IMG/VR virus record: IMGVR_UViG_3300032286_000710
Coordinates: 1 to 64,000 of that record
Length of the DNA stretch: 64,000 nt
Reading direction: 5' to 3' (one strand)
From: a virus
This document shows, piece after piece, positions 16,479 to 26,124 of the stretch (position 1 is the first letter of the stretch; each line of letters starts with the position of its first letter). A program made the position numbers and the translations under genes. The notes under the pieces are model-generated. The model had not been told where the DNA came from. It did no database searches and saw only the letters and a program-made list of their open reading frames with translations.

Positions 16479-16832
16479 TCAAGTTTCGTCCTTAACGTCA
16501 TATGTCATACCGGTCATGTTTAAATCAACATTTACTCCGTATGATTTTCTGACCGAAGATGAATCTAAGAATGAGATTGTGCTGGTTGCGTTTAACTTGT
16601 TTGTCGAGGTATTAGCACCCATTGCTGTCAAGCCACTATTGATTTTGTCTAATACAGAGTATAATAACTCTCTAACATCACCACTAGTGCCAGTTTTATA
16701 GCTCTCTAAAGCTCCAGAAGGAATAAAGATTCCACCAGATCCACTAAAACTTAATGAAGTAGTACAACCAGAACCAAAGAAAAAGTTGCTTGCGGGATTA
16801 AGTTGTCCAGACTGAACGGGTGTAAGAGGCAT
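16479..16832 (-). CDS. hypothetical protein, structural-like composition (only clear minus-strand gene)
   Basis: AAGGAG RBS and GTGTATAAT motif upstream on the minus strand; S/G/T-rich. Confidence 0.8.
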   Translation of the reverse strand: MPLTPVQSGQLNPASNFFFGSGCTTSLSFSGSGGIFIPSGALESYKTGTSGDVRELLYSVLDKINSGLTAMGANTSTNKLNATSTISFLDSSSVRKSYGVNVDLNMTGMTYDVKDET

Positions 16833-16871
16833 AGTGTTATCTCCTTATGAAAAAATTGAGTACTCATTACA

Positions 16872-16880
16872 ATTATACAC
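16872..16880 (-). promoter_or_regulatory. GTGTATAAT motif, putative late promoter
   Basis: Reverse complement of ATTATACAC, about 40 nt upstream of 16832. Confidence 0.6.
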
Positions 16881-16890
16881 TAAAATCAAT

Positions 16891-17541
16891 ATGAACATTA
16901 CTTTATTAGTCGGAACTTGTGACAAATATAACTTCCTTTGGAAGAAATTTGGCTTATTATTTGACAAATATTGGGACCATACTATAGATATACCACGATA
17001 TTTTTTATCAGAAACCTTAGAATTCAATGATTATGGCTTTAAATCCATTCTGCCGGGTAAAACACCATATTCAGATCGTCTAAAGCACACTCTGGATATG
17101 GTCGATACAGATTACATATTATGGATGCAAGATGACTACTTTTTGAGAAAAACCATTCCAAAATCACAATTTGAAATGTATATGTCTATTATTAAAAATG
17201 GGGTAAATAGATTTGGGATACATGAAGATAGCAATTTATACCAAAAATTTCATTTGATAAATAATTTATACAGACTACAGCAATATAGTTTATATACTAT
17301 ATCAATGCAAGCATCCATATGGGATAAAGAATTTTTAAAATCGTGTTTAATAACAACAGGATCAGAGAATATTTGGGAATTTGAAGTAAATGGATCACAA
17401 AGATTAAATAATCGCGTTTACCACAATATACTATTTGACAAGCAAGATACCCCTTGGTATAATGAGGCTATGAGAAAAAGCGAATTCACACCAGACTATT
17501 ATGATATAGTAGAAAAAGAGAAACTGTATGACATTTTATGA
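16891..17541 (+). CDS. GT-A-fold glycosyltransferase-like protein
   Basis: TCDKY..LW..F, YILWMQDDYFL, QASIW and WEFE motifs of polysaccharide-cluster proteins. Confidence 0.6.
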   Translation: MNITLLVGTCDKYNFLWKKFGLLFDKYWDHTIDIPRYFLSETLEFNDYGFKSILPGKTPYSDRLKHTLDMVDTDYILWMQDDYFLRKTIPKSQFEMYMSIIKNGVNRFGIHEDSNLYQKFHLINNLYRLQQYSLYTISMQASIWDKEFLKSCLITTGSENIWEFEVNGSQRLNNRVYHNILFDKQDTPWYNEAMRKSEFTPDYYDIVEKEKLYDIL

Positions 17542-17881
17542 GGCAATAAGGCTCACTTCTAATATAGGTAGTCCAGTATATACTCATTCTGGAGAAGTCG
17601 TTGTAATATCTGGATGGAATCAAAAGTTTGATAACCCATGTATTACAGACGATTTGTATTTTTCGTGTGTAGATAGCATGTTTAATATAGAGCAATATAG
17701 GTATAATGAATTATGTGGGCCGGAGCTTTGCGATGAAGACAAAATGTTTATTGATTGGCTACAAAATAAAGAAATATTAAAGAGCGATATTCCCCTCTTA
17801 AAAGAAGCATTTATATCTGGATTTTCTAAAGGATATTCTCATAAGCAAAAGACTAAATCACAAGAGCAACTACAAAAATGA
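17528..17881 (+). CDS. hypothetical protein
   Basis: Coupled to its neighbours. Confidence 0.7.
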   Translation: MTFYEAIRLTSNIGSPVYTHSGEVVVISGWNQKFDNPCITDDLYFSCVDSMFNIEQYRYNELCGPELCDEDKMFIDWLQNKEILKSDIPLLKEAFISGFSKGYSHKQKTKSQEQLQK

Positions 17882-18096
17882 CTTGGACAGAAATAAGATC
17901 ATGGGCCAAAGGTCTTGGATATGAGACTATCAAAGATAAAGACGATGCTCAATATTATTGGGCAAAATCTAGTGATAACTCTATTGGCGGTAGCGGTGCT
18001 GCTCCAAGCGTTAGTAAATTGGCTAGGGCGATTTTTAACCATCATACGAGTGATAGGTGGTTAGAGCATCAAGAAAAATATCAGAAAAATGCTTAA
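17878..18096 (+). CDS. hypothetical protein
   Basis: ATGA overlap. Confidence 0.7.
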   Translation: MTWTEIRSWAKGLGYETIKDKDDAQYYWAKSSDNSIGGSGAAPSVSKLARAIFNHHTSDRWLEHQEKYQKNA

Positions 18097-18583
18097 CAGC
18101 CTGTATATAGATAGAGAGTGGGAAACTAAGTGCATAGATAAAATCTGTGATGAAATTAGATATATATTCCCTCATGATAATAAAACTGCAATACTACAAT
18201 TAAGTTATGAATATTCTGGTTTAATGGCTCAGTTGATGGCTCACAAGTTATCTATAAAAGATAAACCTATAGATATCGAGCCTGTTAACATACCATATAA
18301 AAATGAGTTTGAATCCATTATTCATCCAGATCAACTTGATCCTTATAATAAACTTATAGTTATTGACAGTGGATGTTTGAGTGGAAATAACTTTAGAAAG
18401 ATAGAAAAGAAATTATTAGATTATGGTTTTAAACGCTCAGACTTATTCTTTGCTTGTGTAGCCTGCGATCTCAATAGTATCTTTCGTCCAGATTTTTGTC
18501 CAATATATTTTAATGGCGACAAAATAATGGTGCATTTTTGGTGGGAAACTAGAACAAATAAATTTGATAGGAATATAACATGA
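18089..18583 (+). CDS. phosphoribosyltransferase-like protein (divergent)
   Basis: [14 protein letters not shown] resembles the PRPP-binding loop; C-terminal FWWE. Confidence 0.55.
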   Translation: MLNSLYIDREWETKCIDKICDEIRYIFPHDNKTAILQLSYEYSGLMAQLMAHKLSIKDKPIDIEPVNIPYKNEFESIIHPDQLDPYNKLIVIDSGCLSGNNFRKIEKKLLDYGFKRSDLFFACVACDLNSIFRPDFCPIYFNGDKIMVHFWWETRTNKFDRNIT

Positions 18584-19215
18584 ATGTAAAACTAGTTAGC
18601 GTAACTCCAGATGCAGAAAAATTAATAGCATATTGTGCTAGAGTCTCAAATCCAAATAAACAAAACAACGAGAACTATGCTAAACTATTGAAGTATTGTA
18701 TAGACCATAAGCATTTCTCCATATTTGAACAAAGTTTTATGACTATGGAGATTAATACCACTAGAGGGCTTGCTGCTCAAATTCTAAGGCATAGAAGTTT
18801 CACATTCCAAGAGTTTAGCCAACGATATGCCGATACAACTCTATTGGCAGAAGACATTCCAGTATTTGAACTAAGGCGACAAGATACTAAAAATAGACAA
18901 AACAGTATAGATGACATTAGCGATGAATTACGAGTTAAATGGAATACAAAAATTCGTGAGCATTTTGCCAAGGCAAAATCAATATACGATGACATGATTA
19001 AAGATGGGGTGGCTAAAGAGTGTGCTAGGTTTGTATTACCACTGGCAACTCCTACAAGACTTTATGTCAGTGGCACGGTAAGGTCGTGGATTCATTATAT
19101 AGATTTACGATCTGCTAATGGTACTCAAAAAGAACATATGGATATAGCAAATGAATGTAAACAAATTTTTACAGAACAATTTCCTACAATTAGTGAGGCT
19201 TTAGGCTGGCAATGA
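18580..19215 (+). CDS. thyX: FAD-dependent thymidylate synthase
   Basis: HFSIFE; [17 protein letters not shown]; ARFVLP. Confidence 0.97.
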   Translation: MNVKLVSVTPDAEKLIAYCARVSNPNKQNNENYAKLLKYCIDHKHFSIFEQSFMTMEINTTRGLAAQILRHRSFTFQEFSQRYADTTLLAEDIPVFELRRQDTKNRQNSIDDISDELRVKWNTKIREHFAKAKSIYDDMIKDGVAKECARFVLPLATPTRLYVSGTVRSWIHYIDLRSANGTQKEHMDIANECKQIFTEQFPTISEALGWQ

Positions 19216-19514
19216 AAATCAAACTTGATATGAGTGAGAGTGATATCATTCGTGCTATGAAGAATAATAGGCATTCTCCAGTAGATTTATTAGCAGCAAA
19301 ATATTTTAAAGAAGATCCAGAAAATGTAGAATCTGATTACGATTGCATAGTTATATGGGATGATTCCATTAATGACTATAATTCTTATAGATATTGCACA
19401 GAAGATATAAATTCTGTCAAAGATTTTCTAGATCAGTGGTTTGATTACTCAGATGGATATTTAGTGGATTTTGCATTAAATCCTATTTCTTTTTGCGTAG
19501 AAGAGAACGGATAA
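19212..19514 (+). CDS. hypothetical acidic protein
   Basis: ATGA overlap. Confidence 0.7.
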   Translation: MKIKLDMSESDIIRAMKNNRHSPVDLLAAKYFKEDPENVESDYDCIVIWDDSINDYNSYRYCTEDINSVKDFLDQWFDYSDGYLVDFALNPISFCVEENG

Positions 19515-19532
19515 AAAAATTAAACTGCCCGC

Positions 19533-19560
19533 TTGACAGTGACGATAACTCTGGTATACT
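19533..19560 (+). promoter_or_regulatory. sigma70-type promoter with CGATA spacer element
   Basis: TTGACA-16 nt-TATACT upstream of rIIA. Confidence 0.85.
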
Positions 19561-19605
19561 CAAAGCACACACAGCACTTAAGCACTTTTTAGGAGATTAG
19601 CAATT

Positions 19606-21744
19606 ATGAAACTTCACGCTAGTACGAACGTTATTGAGAAATCTGGTCAGTTTGAAGAGTCCAAGTTCAGCATTGAAGCATCGTCTAAGGCATTCTTTAT
19701 CCTTTCTGACGGTCTGTATTCTAACAAGATTCTCGCGGTTGTTCGTGAGCTTTCTACCAATGCCTATGACTCTCAAGTAGAGGCTGGCAAGTCGAACGTT
19801 CCTTTTGACGTTCATATCCCTACTGCTATTTCGCCCGTATTCTCTATTCGTGACTACGGCACTAGCATGGATCATGAAAACTGTATGCAACTCTATACTA
19901 CGTATTTCCGTAGCACCCGAAACAATAGCAATGATGCTGTTGGTTGTCTTGGTCTGGGCAGCAAGGCTCCCTTTGCATATTCTGATAGCTTTACCGTTGA
20001 GGCTTATCTTAATGGTACTCGTAGGCTTTATACTGCCTATAAGGACGAGAGTGGCAATCCTGTCTTCTCTTTGATGGACGAGTCTGATACCAGCGAACAG
20101 AATGGTATCAAGGTTTCTATCAACGTGAATGATCATGATATCAACCGATTTCAGTATGAATCGCACCATGTTTATGAACACTTCAAGGTAAAGCCAAACT
20201 TTGTGGCTTATAAGCCTTCATTCCGTAGCATTGATAAGGTTCTGGCTGGAACCAACTGGTACTTTGATGACAATGCTAGAGAGAATGTTATTGTGATGGG
20301 TCAGATCTCATATCCAATTGACGTTAACCAGCTTACTGCTAATGGTGATAAGTCTTTTCAGCGTCATCGTGAATTCATTGAGTATTCCAACGGACTGAGA
20401 ATCTTTGTGAATATTGGAGATGTTGACATTACTCCTAGTCGTGAGTCTCTTTCATATAGTCGAGACACTAAGAAAAATATTCTTAGCATGATTGATAACA
20501 TCATTAACGAGATTGCTGTTAAGATTGAAGAGCAAATTGCTAGCCAGCCTTCTTTGTTCAAGGCTCGTATGAAGTATGTTCAGATTAGCAATCAGTGTTC
20601 TTCTATCAATACTGCCGTTCAGTCTCTTCAAAAGTCTATCACTTGGAATGATATGAAGCTTTTTGATAGCGTTGCTGGAGAGTATATCAATGCCAAAGAT
20701 AGTGGCATTAACTTGATGGAAAAGTCCCAGTATCGTTCTAAGGTCGATATTAAGTACGGTGTTGAGCGTATTGTATTTAACACGCACACTAAGTTTTTTA
20801 TTGATAACCTTACTAGGGGTGGAGTTAGCCGAATTCGTCAGTATATGAAGGAGAACGGCGGCTCTCAGGCTTACTATGTTTACAAGCTTAAGGAAAGTGA
20901 GACTGTTGACAACTGCCGTTTGTATGGTATTATGGGTGATGCCGGTCAGGAAGATGTTGTCTTGACTTCAACTCTTGATAAGGTTAATTACAATCGTTCT
21001 TCTAGTTATACCGCTGGAAATTCTGTTCCTATCGTGCAGGCAAAGGTTTTCAATGAAGAAACTGGAAAGTTTGAAGAGTGCAGTATGAGCGTTAAGTATG
21101 AGAATGCACATTATTTCAAGGAGTCTAAGGATACTGTTGACCTTAAATACTCTGAGATTACTGTCTATTATCTGGAACGTATGCTTGAATATGCACACAA
21201 GAATTATGCAGATAAGGTTGGTGATGCTACGTTTTATATCGTAAAGCCTTCTGTCATTAAGAATAGGAAGCTTAATGAGCGTGATAATTGGCATGATGCT
21301 ACGGTTCTTATTAGCAACATCTTTAATGAGGCAGTCAATACTCATAAGAAACAGATTATTGAATGTCAGAAGAGGTATAATCTTTCTGCTCATCGTAATG
21401 AGCGTTGGAAGGATTGTATTATGATGACAAATATTGATAATGAACTCAAGAGGATTGTGCGTGAACATGATGCTCACGCAAAGGAACTCAATGCTATTCG
21501 TGAAGATATGGGTCATATTTATGAGGCTTCGCGTAAGTTATCTGGTGTTGAGTCCATTAATTTTTCTGGAGTTAAAATGGATGAGACTAAATTTTCAGCT
21601 AAGTTTGATGAAGAGATTAAGAAGTATCCTATGCTTCGACTTCTTTCCAATGTTTGGTCAGATCAAGATAGGAAACTTGTTGCAGATTATATTGACACTA
21701 TTAACGTCGGTATTAATGCAACGAATGTTTTGAGCCAACTGTGA
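19606..21744 (+). CDS. rIIA: rIIA-like protein (N-terminal GHKL/HSP90-like ATPase)
   Basis: LYSNKILAVVRELSTNAYD, DYG and GCLGLGSK motifs; paired with an rIIB-like gene. Confidence 0.85.
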   Translation: MKLHASTNVIEKSGQFEESKFSIEASSKAFFILSDGLYSNKILAVVRELSTNAYDSQVEAGKSNVPFDVHIPTAISPVFSIRDYGTSMDHENCMQLYTTYFRSTRNNSNDAVGCLGLGSKAPFAYSDSFTVEAYLNGTRRLYTAYKDESGNPVFSLMDESDTSEQNGIKVSINVNDHDINRFQYESHHVYEHFKVKPNFVAYKPSFRSIDKVLAGTNWYFDDNARENVIVMGQISYPIDVNQLTANGDKSFQRHREFIEYSNGLRIFVNIGDVDITPSRESLSYSRDTKKNILSMIDNIINEIAVKIEEQIASQPSLFKARMKYVQISNQCSSINTAVQSLQKSITWNDMKLFDSVAGEYINAKDSGINLMEKSQYRSKVDIKYGVERIVFNTHTKFFIDNLTRGGVSRIRQYMKENGGSQAYYVYKLKESETVDNCRLYGIMGDAGQEDVVLTSTLDKVNYNRSSSYTAGNSVPIVQAKVFNEETGKFEECSMSVKYENAHYFKESKDTVDLKYSEITVYYLERMLEYAHKNYADKVGDATFYIVKPSVIKNRKLNERDNWHDATVLISNIFNEAVNTHKKQIIECQKRYNLSAHRNERWKDCIMMTNIDNELKRIVREHDAHAKELNAIREDMGHIYEASRKLSGVESINFSGVKMDETKFSAKFDEEIKKYPMLRLLSNVWSDQDRKLVADYIDTINVGINATNVLSQL

Positions 21745-21773
21745 CGCTATAATAGTTTAAAGGAGACACACAA

Positions 21774-22643
21774 ATGAAATACATTATTGCAAATGACGGT
21801 ACTGTTACTGCGGTTGTTAGTGGTCAGGCATACTGCTTCGGCAAGTCCCACCCTAACTATAATAAGTTGATTAATCATCTTAAGAATAACAATGTCGAAC
21901 ACTTTGAGGCTTCTTACGATATCATTTCGCATGTCAATGCTTACTGCGATGGATATGTAAATTGTCAGGATGGTGGTTTGAGTTGGGATGGAATTAAGAT
22001 GCCCGATATGTTTACTGGAACAATCCTTGATATGATTAAGCAAGGTTTTCCTTTTGAGCCTATGTTGAACTTCCTTGATAATCTTAGTCAGAATCCATCT
22101 GATCATGCTGTTATTGAGTTGTTCGACTTTATGGAAAACAAGAACATGCCTATCACTTATGATGGTTGTTTCTTGTCCTATAAGGCTGTACGCGAAGACT
22201 ACAAGGATATTTATTCTGGCACTTTTGACAATCGTGTTGGTTCTGTTTGCGAAGTTCCTCGCAATAAAGTAGATAGCAATCGTGATAACGGTTGTGGTAA
22301 GGGTCTACATGTTGGTGCTATTGATTATGCTAAGAGTTATGGTGGCATTGATATTGACAACGATAACGATGGTGGTGGCAATCGTCTAATGATTTGCAAG
22401 GTTAATCCACGCGATGTTGTTAGCGTACCAAACGATTCTAAGTTTCAAAAGCTGCGCACTTGTCGATATGAGGTTGTATCTGAGTTTGATAGCATTTTTG
22501 ATAAGGTCGTTCATATGACCGGCGATGATATTGAGCATATTAATCGTAAGAAGCGTAACCGTGATTGGGTTGTTGAGGTTACTGCAAAGATGGATAGACT
22601 TAATAGAGTTCTTTCCAAGCGTAGGCAGGCTGTTAGTGTTTGA
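21774..22643 (+). CDS. rIIB: rIIB-like protein
   Basis: DGCFLSYK; CGKGLHVG; KVNPRDVVSVP; KLRTCRYEV. Confidence 0.88.
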   Translation: MKYIIANDGTVTAVVSGQAYCFGKSHPNYNKLINHLKNNNVEHFEASYDIISHVNAYCDGYVNCQDGGLSWDGIKMPDMFTGTILDMIKQGFPFEPMLNFLDNLSQNPSDHAVIELFDFMENKNMPITYDGCFLSYKAVREDYKDIYSGTFDNRVGSVCEVPRNKVDSNRDNGCGKGLHVGAIDYAKSYGGIDIDNDNDGGGNRLMICKVNPRDVVSVPNDSKFQKLRTCRYEVVSEFDSIFDKVVHMTGDDIEHINRKKRNRDWVVEVTAKMDRLNRVLSKRRQAVSV

Positions 22644-22656
22644 TTGTGTGTTAAAT

Positions 22657-22690
22657 CCGATGGGGGAAGAAATTCCCCTGTCGGTTTTTT
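22657..22690 (+). terminator. intrinsic terminator
   Basis: CCGATGGGGGAA-GAAA-TTCCCCTGTCGG followed by TTTTTT. Confidence 0.85.
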
Positions 22691-22703
22691 CTTTGGAGTA
22701 AGC

Positions 22704-22880
22704 ATGTGCGATAAAAATGATAATGAAATATTAGCTGGTGGATGTTTAGTTATAATATTTATTATTACTATAGTTGCATTTGGTACGTTTGCTGTCATGA
22801 AAGAGTTAGGATACGAAAGATCAAATGCCAAATGTTTTTTCTGTGGGCAAAAAATAAAGGTTGAGCAAAATGAACATTAA
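22704..22880 (+). CDS. small membrane protein
   Basis: GGAG RBS; one TM; CFFC. Confidence 0.6.
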   Translation: MCDKNDNEILAGGCLVIIFIITIVAFGTFAVMKELGYERSNAKCFFCGQKIKVEQNEH

Positions 22881-23979
22881 TAATGATACAAAACTTGATT
22901 TCGATGATGTCCTACTCGTTCCACAGAGATCCCGAGCCGCCTCACGGTCCTTGGTCGATGTAAAAAGAACGTTTAAATTTTTTCACTCATCTTTGGAGTG
23001 GAGTGGTGTTCCCATAATGGCCGCGAATATGGATACCACTGGCACATTCGAAATGGCAGAATCTCTATCAAAGAAAAATTGTATCACATGCCTACATAAA
23101 CATTATAATGTAGAAGATTATATAGAAAATCTCCAAGATTTGAATACATTTTGGTATAGCATGGGAATTAGTGATGAAGAAGTCAGCAAACTAAGGAAAA
23201 TAGTCGATAGAATAGAGGACATACCAAATATTTGTATTGACGTTGCAAATGGATATACCGATAAGTTTGTAGACCACTGTGCAAAAATAAGGGAAAAGTT
23301 TGGAACTAGACCCGTTATAATGGCTGGCAATGTATGTACCCCCGAAATGGTTCATGAATTAATTCTTCACGGTGGCGTTGATATTGTTAAGGTTGGAATT
23401 GGGCCGGGATCAGCATGTACCACAAGATTAAAAGCTGGAGTAGGATATCCTCAGTTATCAGCCATTAATGAATGTTCTCATGCCGCCCATGGATTAAAAG
23501 CACAACACAAGCACTTGGGTCTAATTTGTGCAGATGGTGGCTGTAGGACTCCAGCAGATGTTGTAAAAGCATTTGCTGCTGGTGCAGACTTTGTTATGCT
23601 TGGGGGAATGATTGCTGGTACAGAGGAATGCAGTGGAGGATGGGAATATGAATATATGAATGAAAATGGACTTTGGGAAAAATTAAAAGAAAATCAGTCG
23701 CCTATCGACTCTAGAAAGCTTAGAAGGTCAAACTTAACATTCTATGGAATGAGTTCCCATGCAGCACAGGAAAAATATGGTGGAATTAAAAATTATAGGG
23801 CCAGCGAAGGTCGTGTTAAAACGGTAGAATATAAGGGTGAGGTATCAGATGTCATTGATGATATATTGGGTGGCATAAGAAGTGCATGTGCATATGTTGG
23901 GGCAGATAGCATAAAAGACCTTCCAAAATGTGCAGAATTTGTCAAGGTAAACAGAGTACACTTTGATAAGACATTATAA
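22870..23979 (+). CDS. guaC: GMP reductase
   Basis: LDFDDVLLVP; MAANMDTTG; DVANGY; KVGIGPGSACTTR; FYGMSS; YRASEG. Confidence 0.93.
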   Translation: MNINNDTKLDFDDVLLVPQRSRAASRSLVDVKRTFKFFHSSLEWSGVPIMAANMDTTGTFEMAESLSKKNCITCLHKHYNVEDYIENLQDLNTFWYSMGISDEEVSKLRKIVDRIEDIPNICIDVANGYTDKFVDHCAKIREKFGTRPVIMAGNVCTPEMVHELILHGGVDIVKVGIGPGSACTTRLKAGVGYPQLSAINECSHAAHGLKAQHKHLGLICADGGCRTPADVVKAFAAGADFVMLGGMIAGTEECSGGWEYEYMNENGLWEKLKENQSPIDSRKLRRSNLTFYGMSSHAAQEKYGGIKNYRASEGRVKTVEYKGEVSDVIDDILGGIRSACAYVGADSIKDLPKCAEFVKVNRVHFDKTL

Positions 23980-23982
23980 TAT

Positions 23983-24405
23983 ATGAAATGGGATTACAGA
24001 TTTCTTGACTTAGCAGAATTTATTTCTAGTTGGTCTAAAGATCCATCAACTAAAGTTGGTGCTGTTATAGTAGATGAAAATAATAGAATAGTTTCTGTTG
24101 GATATAATGGTTTTCCTAAACATATTGATGATAACGATAGGCTAAAAGAGAGAGATATAAAGTATAATATAATTGTACACGGCGAGATAAATGCGATCTT
24201 ATTTGCTAATAAGTCTGTAGAAGGATGTACTTTATATACTTACCCATTCATGCCATGTCCAAGGTGTGCTGGTTTAATAATACAGTCAGGAATAAAGAGA
24301 GTAGTTTCATTCGTAAATAAAATAGATAGATGGGAAAAGGATTTTGAACTATCAAGAGAATTATTTCATGAATCTGACATTGAATGCATGGAGTATCAAA
24401 AATGA
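23983..24405 (+). CDS. dCMP deaminase
   Basis: SKDPSTKVGA; GYNG; HGEINA; PCPRC. Confidence 0.93.
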   Translation: MKWDYRFLDLAEFISSWSKDPSTKVGAVIVDENNRIVSVGYNGFPKHIDDNDRLKERDIKYNIIVHGEINAILFANKSVEGCTLYTYPFMPCPRCAGLIIQSGIKRVVSFVNKIDRWEKDFELSRELFHESDIECMEYQK

Positions 24406-24614
24406 GTACTAATAATAAACGTACAGTAAAAGAAACTCTAGATATGATAGAGGAATGTGTTTATTCAAATAAGCTAGAATTTCTTGCAGAGTTAATAGTT
24501 AAATTAGAAAGTGAATATGTTGATGTTGCTAGACTTGGCACAGATGACAATTATCAACCTAATTGGACTCATGTTCAAGTTTTAGATTATATGACATATG
24601 AACAAAAACCATGA
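24402..24614 (+). CDS. hypothetical protein
   Basis: GGAG RBS, ATGA overlap. Confidence 0.65.
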   Translation: MSTNNKRTVKETLDMIEECVYSNKLEFLAELIVKLESEYVDVARLGTDDNYQPNWTHVQVLDYMTYEQKP

Positions 24615-24669
24615 TTGTTTTTGATAGTACTGCTAGGTATAACAAGGTGGACAAACAAGGAGAAAAAGA

Positions 24670-24849
24670 ATGACAGTTGTAGAAATGGCAAAAGCACATT
24701 TGCAGAATGTCGCTCAAAGGATTGAAGAATTGACAAAGCAGCAGGCTTTAATTCAAAATGAGATTGAGCAATTAAAAGTTTATGTGCAAAATGGCGTTAA
24801 AGATGTTAAAGTTTTCGAAGAATTAAATAGCAATGAAGAAGGAGATTGA
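24670..24849 (+). CDS. coiled-coil hypothetical protein (59 aa, not in ORF track)
   Basis: AAGGAG RBS; MTVVEMAKAHLQNVAQRIEEL. Confidence 0.7.
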   Translation: MTVVEMAKAHLQNVAQRIEELTKQQALIQNEIEQLKVYVQNGVKDVKVFEELNSNEEGD

Positions 24850-24850
24850 T

Positions 24851-25168
24851 ATGAATTACGGTGAACTTTTTGATAGACTTTCTAACCTAGCTGATGCGTA
24901 TCGCTGGGATATTGATCATAATCGTGTTATTGCCACAATTCAGAGTGGTTACTATAAGGGTGTAACTCTAAATCCAATTACCGCATTGGCACATAAGTCT
25001 GGTTTTGGCTTTTTTGGTAATAATCGTGAAGATACCGAATTCGCCGCTCGACTTTTAGGCATTCCACGATCAATTGCTAGGAATGTATATAGTGCCACGC
25101 TAGGCACATACAACCGTGGTAATACACAGGTAGTAAGAGGTAGAATTCGTTCAGCACTGGAGGTATGA
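24851..25168 (+). CDS. hypothetical protein
   Basis: AAGGAG RBS before ATG 24851. Confidence 0.75.
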   Translation: MNYGELFDRLSNLADAYRWDIDHNRVIATIQSGYYKGVTLNPITALAHKSGFGFFGNNREDTEFAARLLGIPRSIARNVYSATLGTYNRGNTQVVRGRIRSALEV

Positions 25169-25172
25169 TAGC

Positions 25173-25505
25173 ATGAATATTAATACATGGTTAGGATGTG
25201 GTAGATTAACAAAGGATGCGGAACTAAGCACAACCCAAAAGGGTACTGCTATGGCAAAGTTTCGCATGGCAGTGAATGATCGTCGCAATGAAGACACTCT
25301 ATTCTTAAATATCCTATGCTTTGGAAAGATGGCTGAAGCATTAAAGGATCATCTAAAGAAGGGCAGATTGGTTGGCGTTCAAGGAAAGTTAAAAATTGAC
25401 GATTATCAAGATAAGGATGGAAATCAAAAGAACTCTATCTGCGTAATGGCAGATGAAATTTCTTTAGGCCCATCTGGAATTGTAGGGCAAGACTCTAAAG
25501 AGTGA
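25173..25505 (+). CDS. ssb: single-stranded DNA-binding protein (short)
   Basis: GRLTKDAEL; FRMAVN; FGKMAE; LKKGRLVGVQGKL. Confidence 0.92.
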   Translation: MNINTWLGCGRLTKDAELSTTQKGTAMAKFRMAVNDRRNEDTLFLNILCFGKMAEALKDHLKKGRLVGVQGKLKIDDYQDKDGNQKNSICVMADEISLGPSGIVGQDSKE

Positions 25506-25528
25506 ATTGGATAGTCAATCTGTCTAGG

Positions 25529-25566
25529 AAATGGCTCGTTGCTTCATGCTTCGGGCCATTTTTTTT
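25529..25566 (+). terminator. intrinsic terminator
   Basis: AAATGGCTCG...CGGGCCATTT followed by a T-tract. Confidence 0.75.
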
Positions 25567-25577
25567 AAGTTTTTCCC

Positions 25578-25605
25578 TTGACTATGACGATAGTTATGGT
25601 ATGAT
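25578..25605 (+). promoter_or_regulatory. sigma70-type promoter with CGATA spacer element
   Basis: TTGACT-16 nt-TATGAT. Confidence 0.8.
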
Positions 25606-25623
25606 CGTAGTAGGAGAAAAACT

Positions 25624-26124
25624 ATGAACCCACAACCACACCCCAATGTTGGAAATTTTTGGGCATTTGTTATCATTTGCTTAACAATTTTTTATACATA
25701 TAAGGCATACATTGAAGGCAAATCAATTAGTTTCAACAGGCTAGATAAGTTTGTTATTGGATATGTAGAAGACTACACTTATATTGAAAAACCAAAACAA
25801 GTAAAGGTTGTACCAACACAAAGCTATGCTGTCAAGAGTGTACCAAAACGCACCGTTGCAGATAAGCCCAAACCTAAGAAAAATAACCCCGTCATTAATC
25901 AACCGGCAACCATACCTACTATTACACCAACAACAACAACCCCCCAACCAAAACCAGTACGAGATGAACAGCTTTACAATGATTGTATTAGTTCGCTTGT
26001 AGCACTTGGATACAAAAAGACAGAAGCAAAACAGAAAACCAAACAAGCTTTTGATAACCATAAAGTAACTAGTATCCAAGAATTTATCAAGCTTATTACT
26101 ATCAATACTATAGATTTCTCATGA
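25624..26124 (+). CDS. membrane-anchored protein with RuvA C-terminal-like domain
   Basis: N-terminal TM, Pro/Thr/Lys linker, DCISSLVALGYKKTEAK. Confidence 0.6.
   Translation: MNPQPHPNVGNFWAFVIICLTIFYTYKAYIEGKSISFNRLDKFVIGYVEDYTYIEKPKQVKVVPTQSYAVKSVPKRTVADKPKPKKNNPVINQPATIPTITPTTTTPQPKPVRDEQLYNDCISSLVALGYKKTEAKQKTKQAFDNHKVTSIQEFIKLITINTIDFS

Noticed and set aside
19597-22106. Long minus-strand ORFs opposite rIIA/rIIB, and other antisense ORFs in the track
   Set aside because: Shadows of strongly biased sense-strand codon usage, with no RBS or motifs. Only 16479..16832 has independent support.
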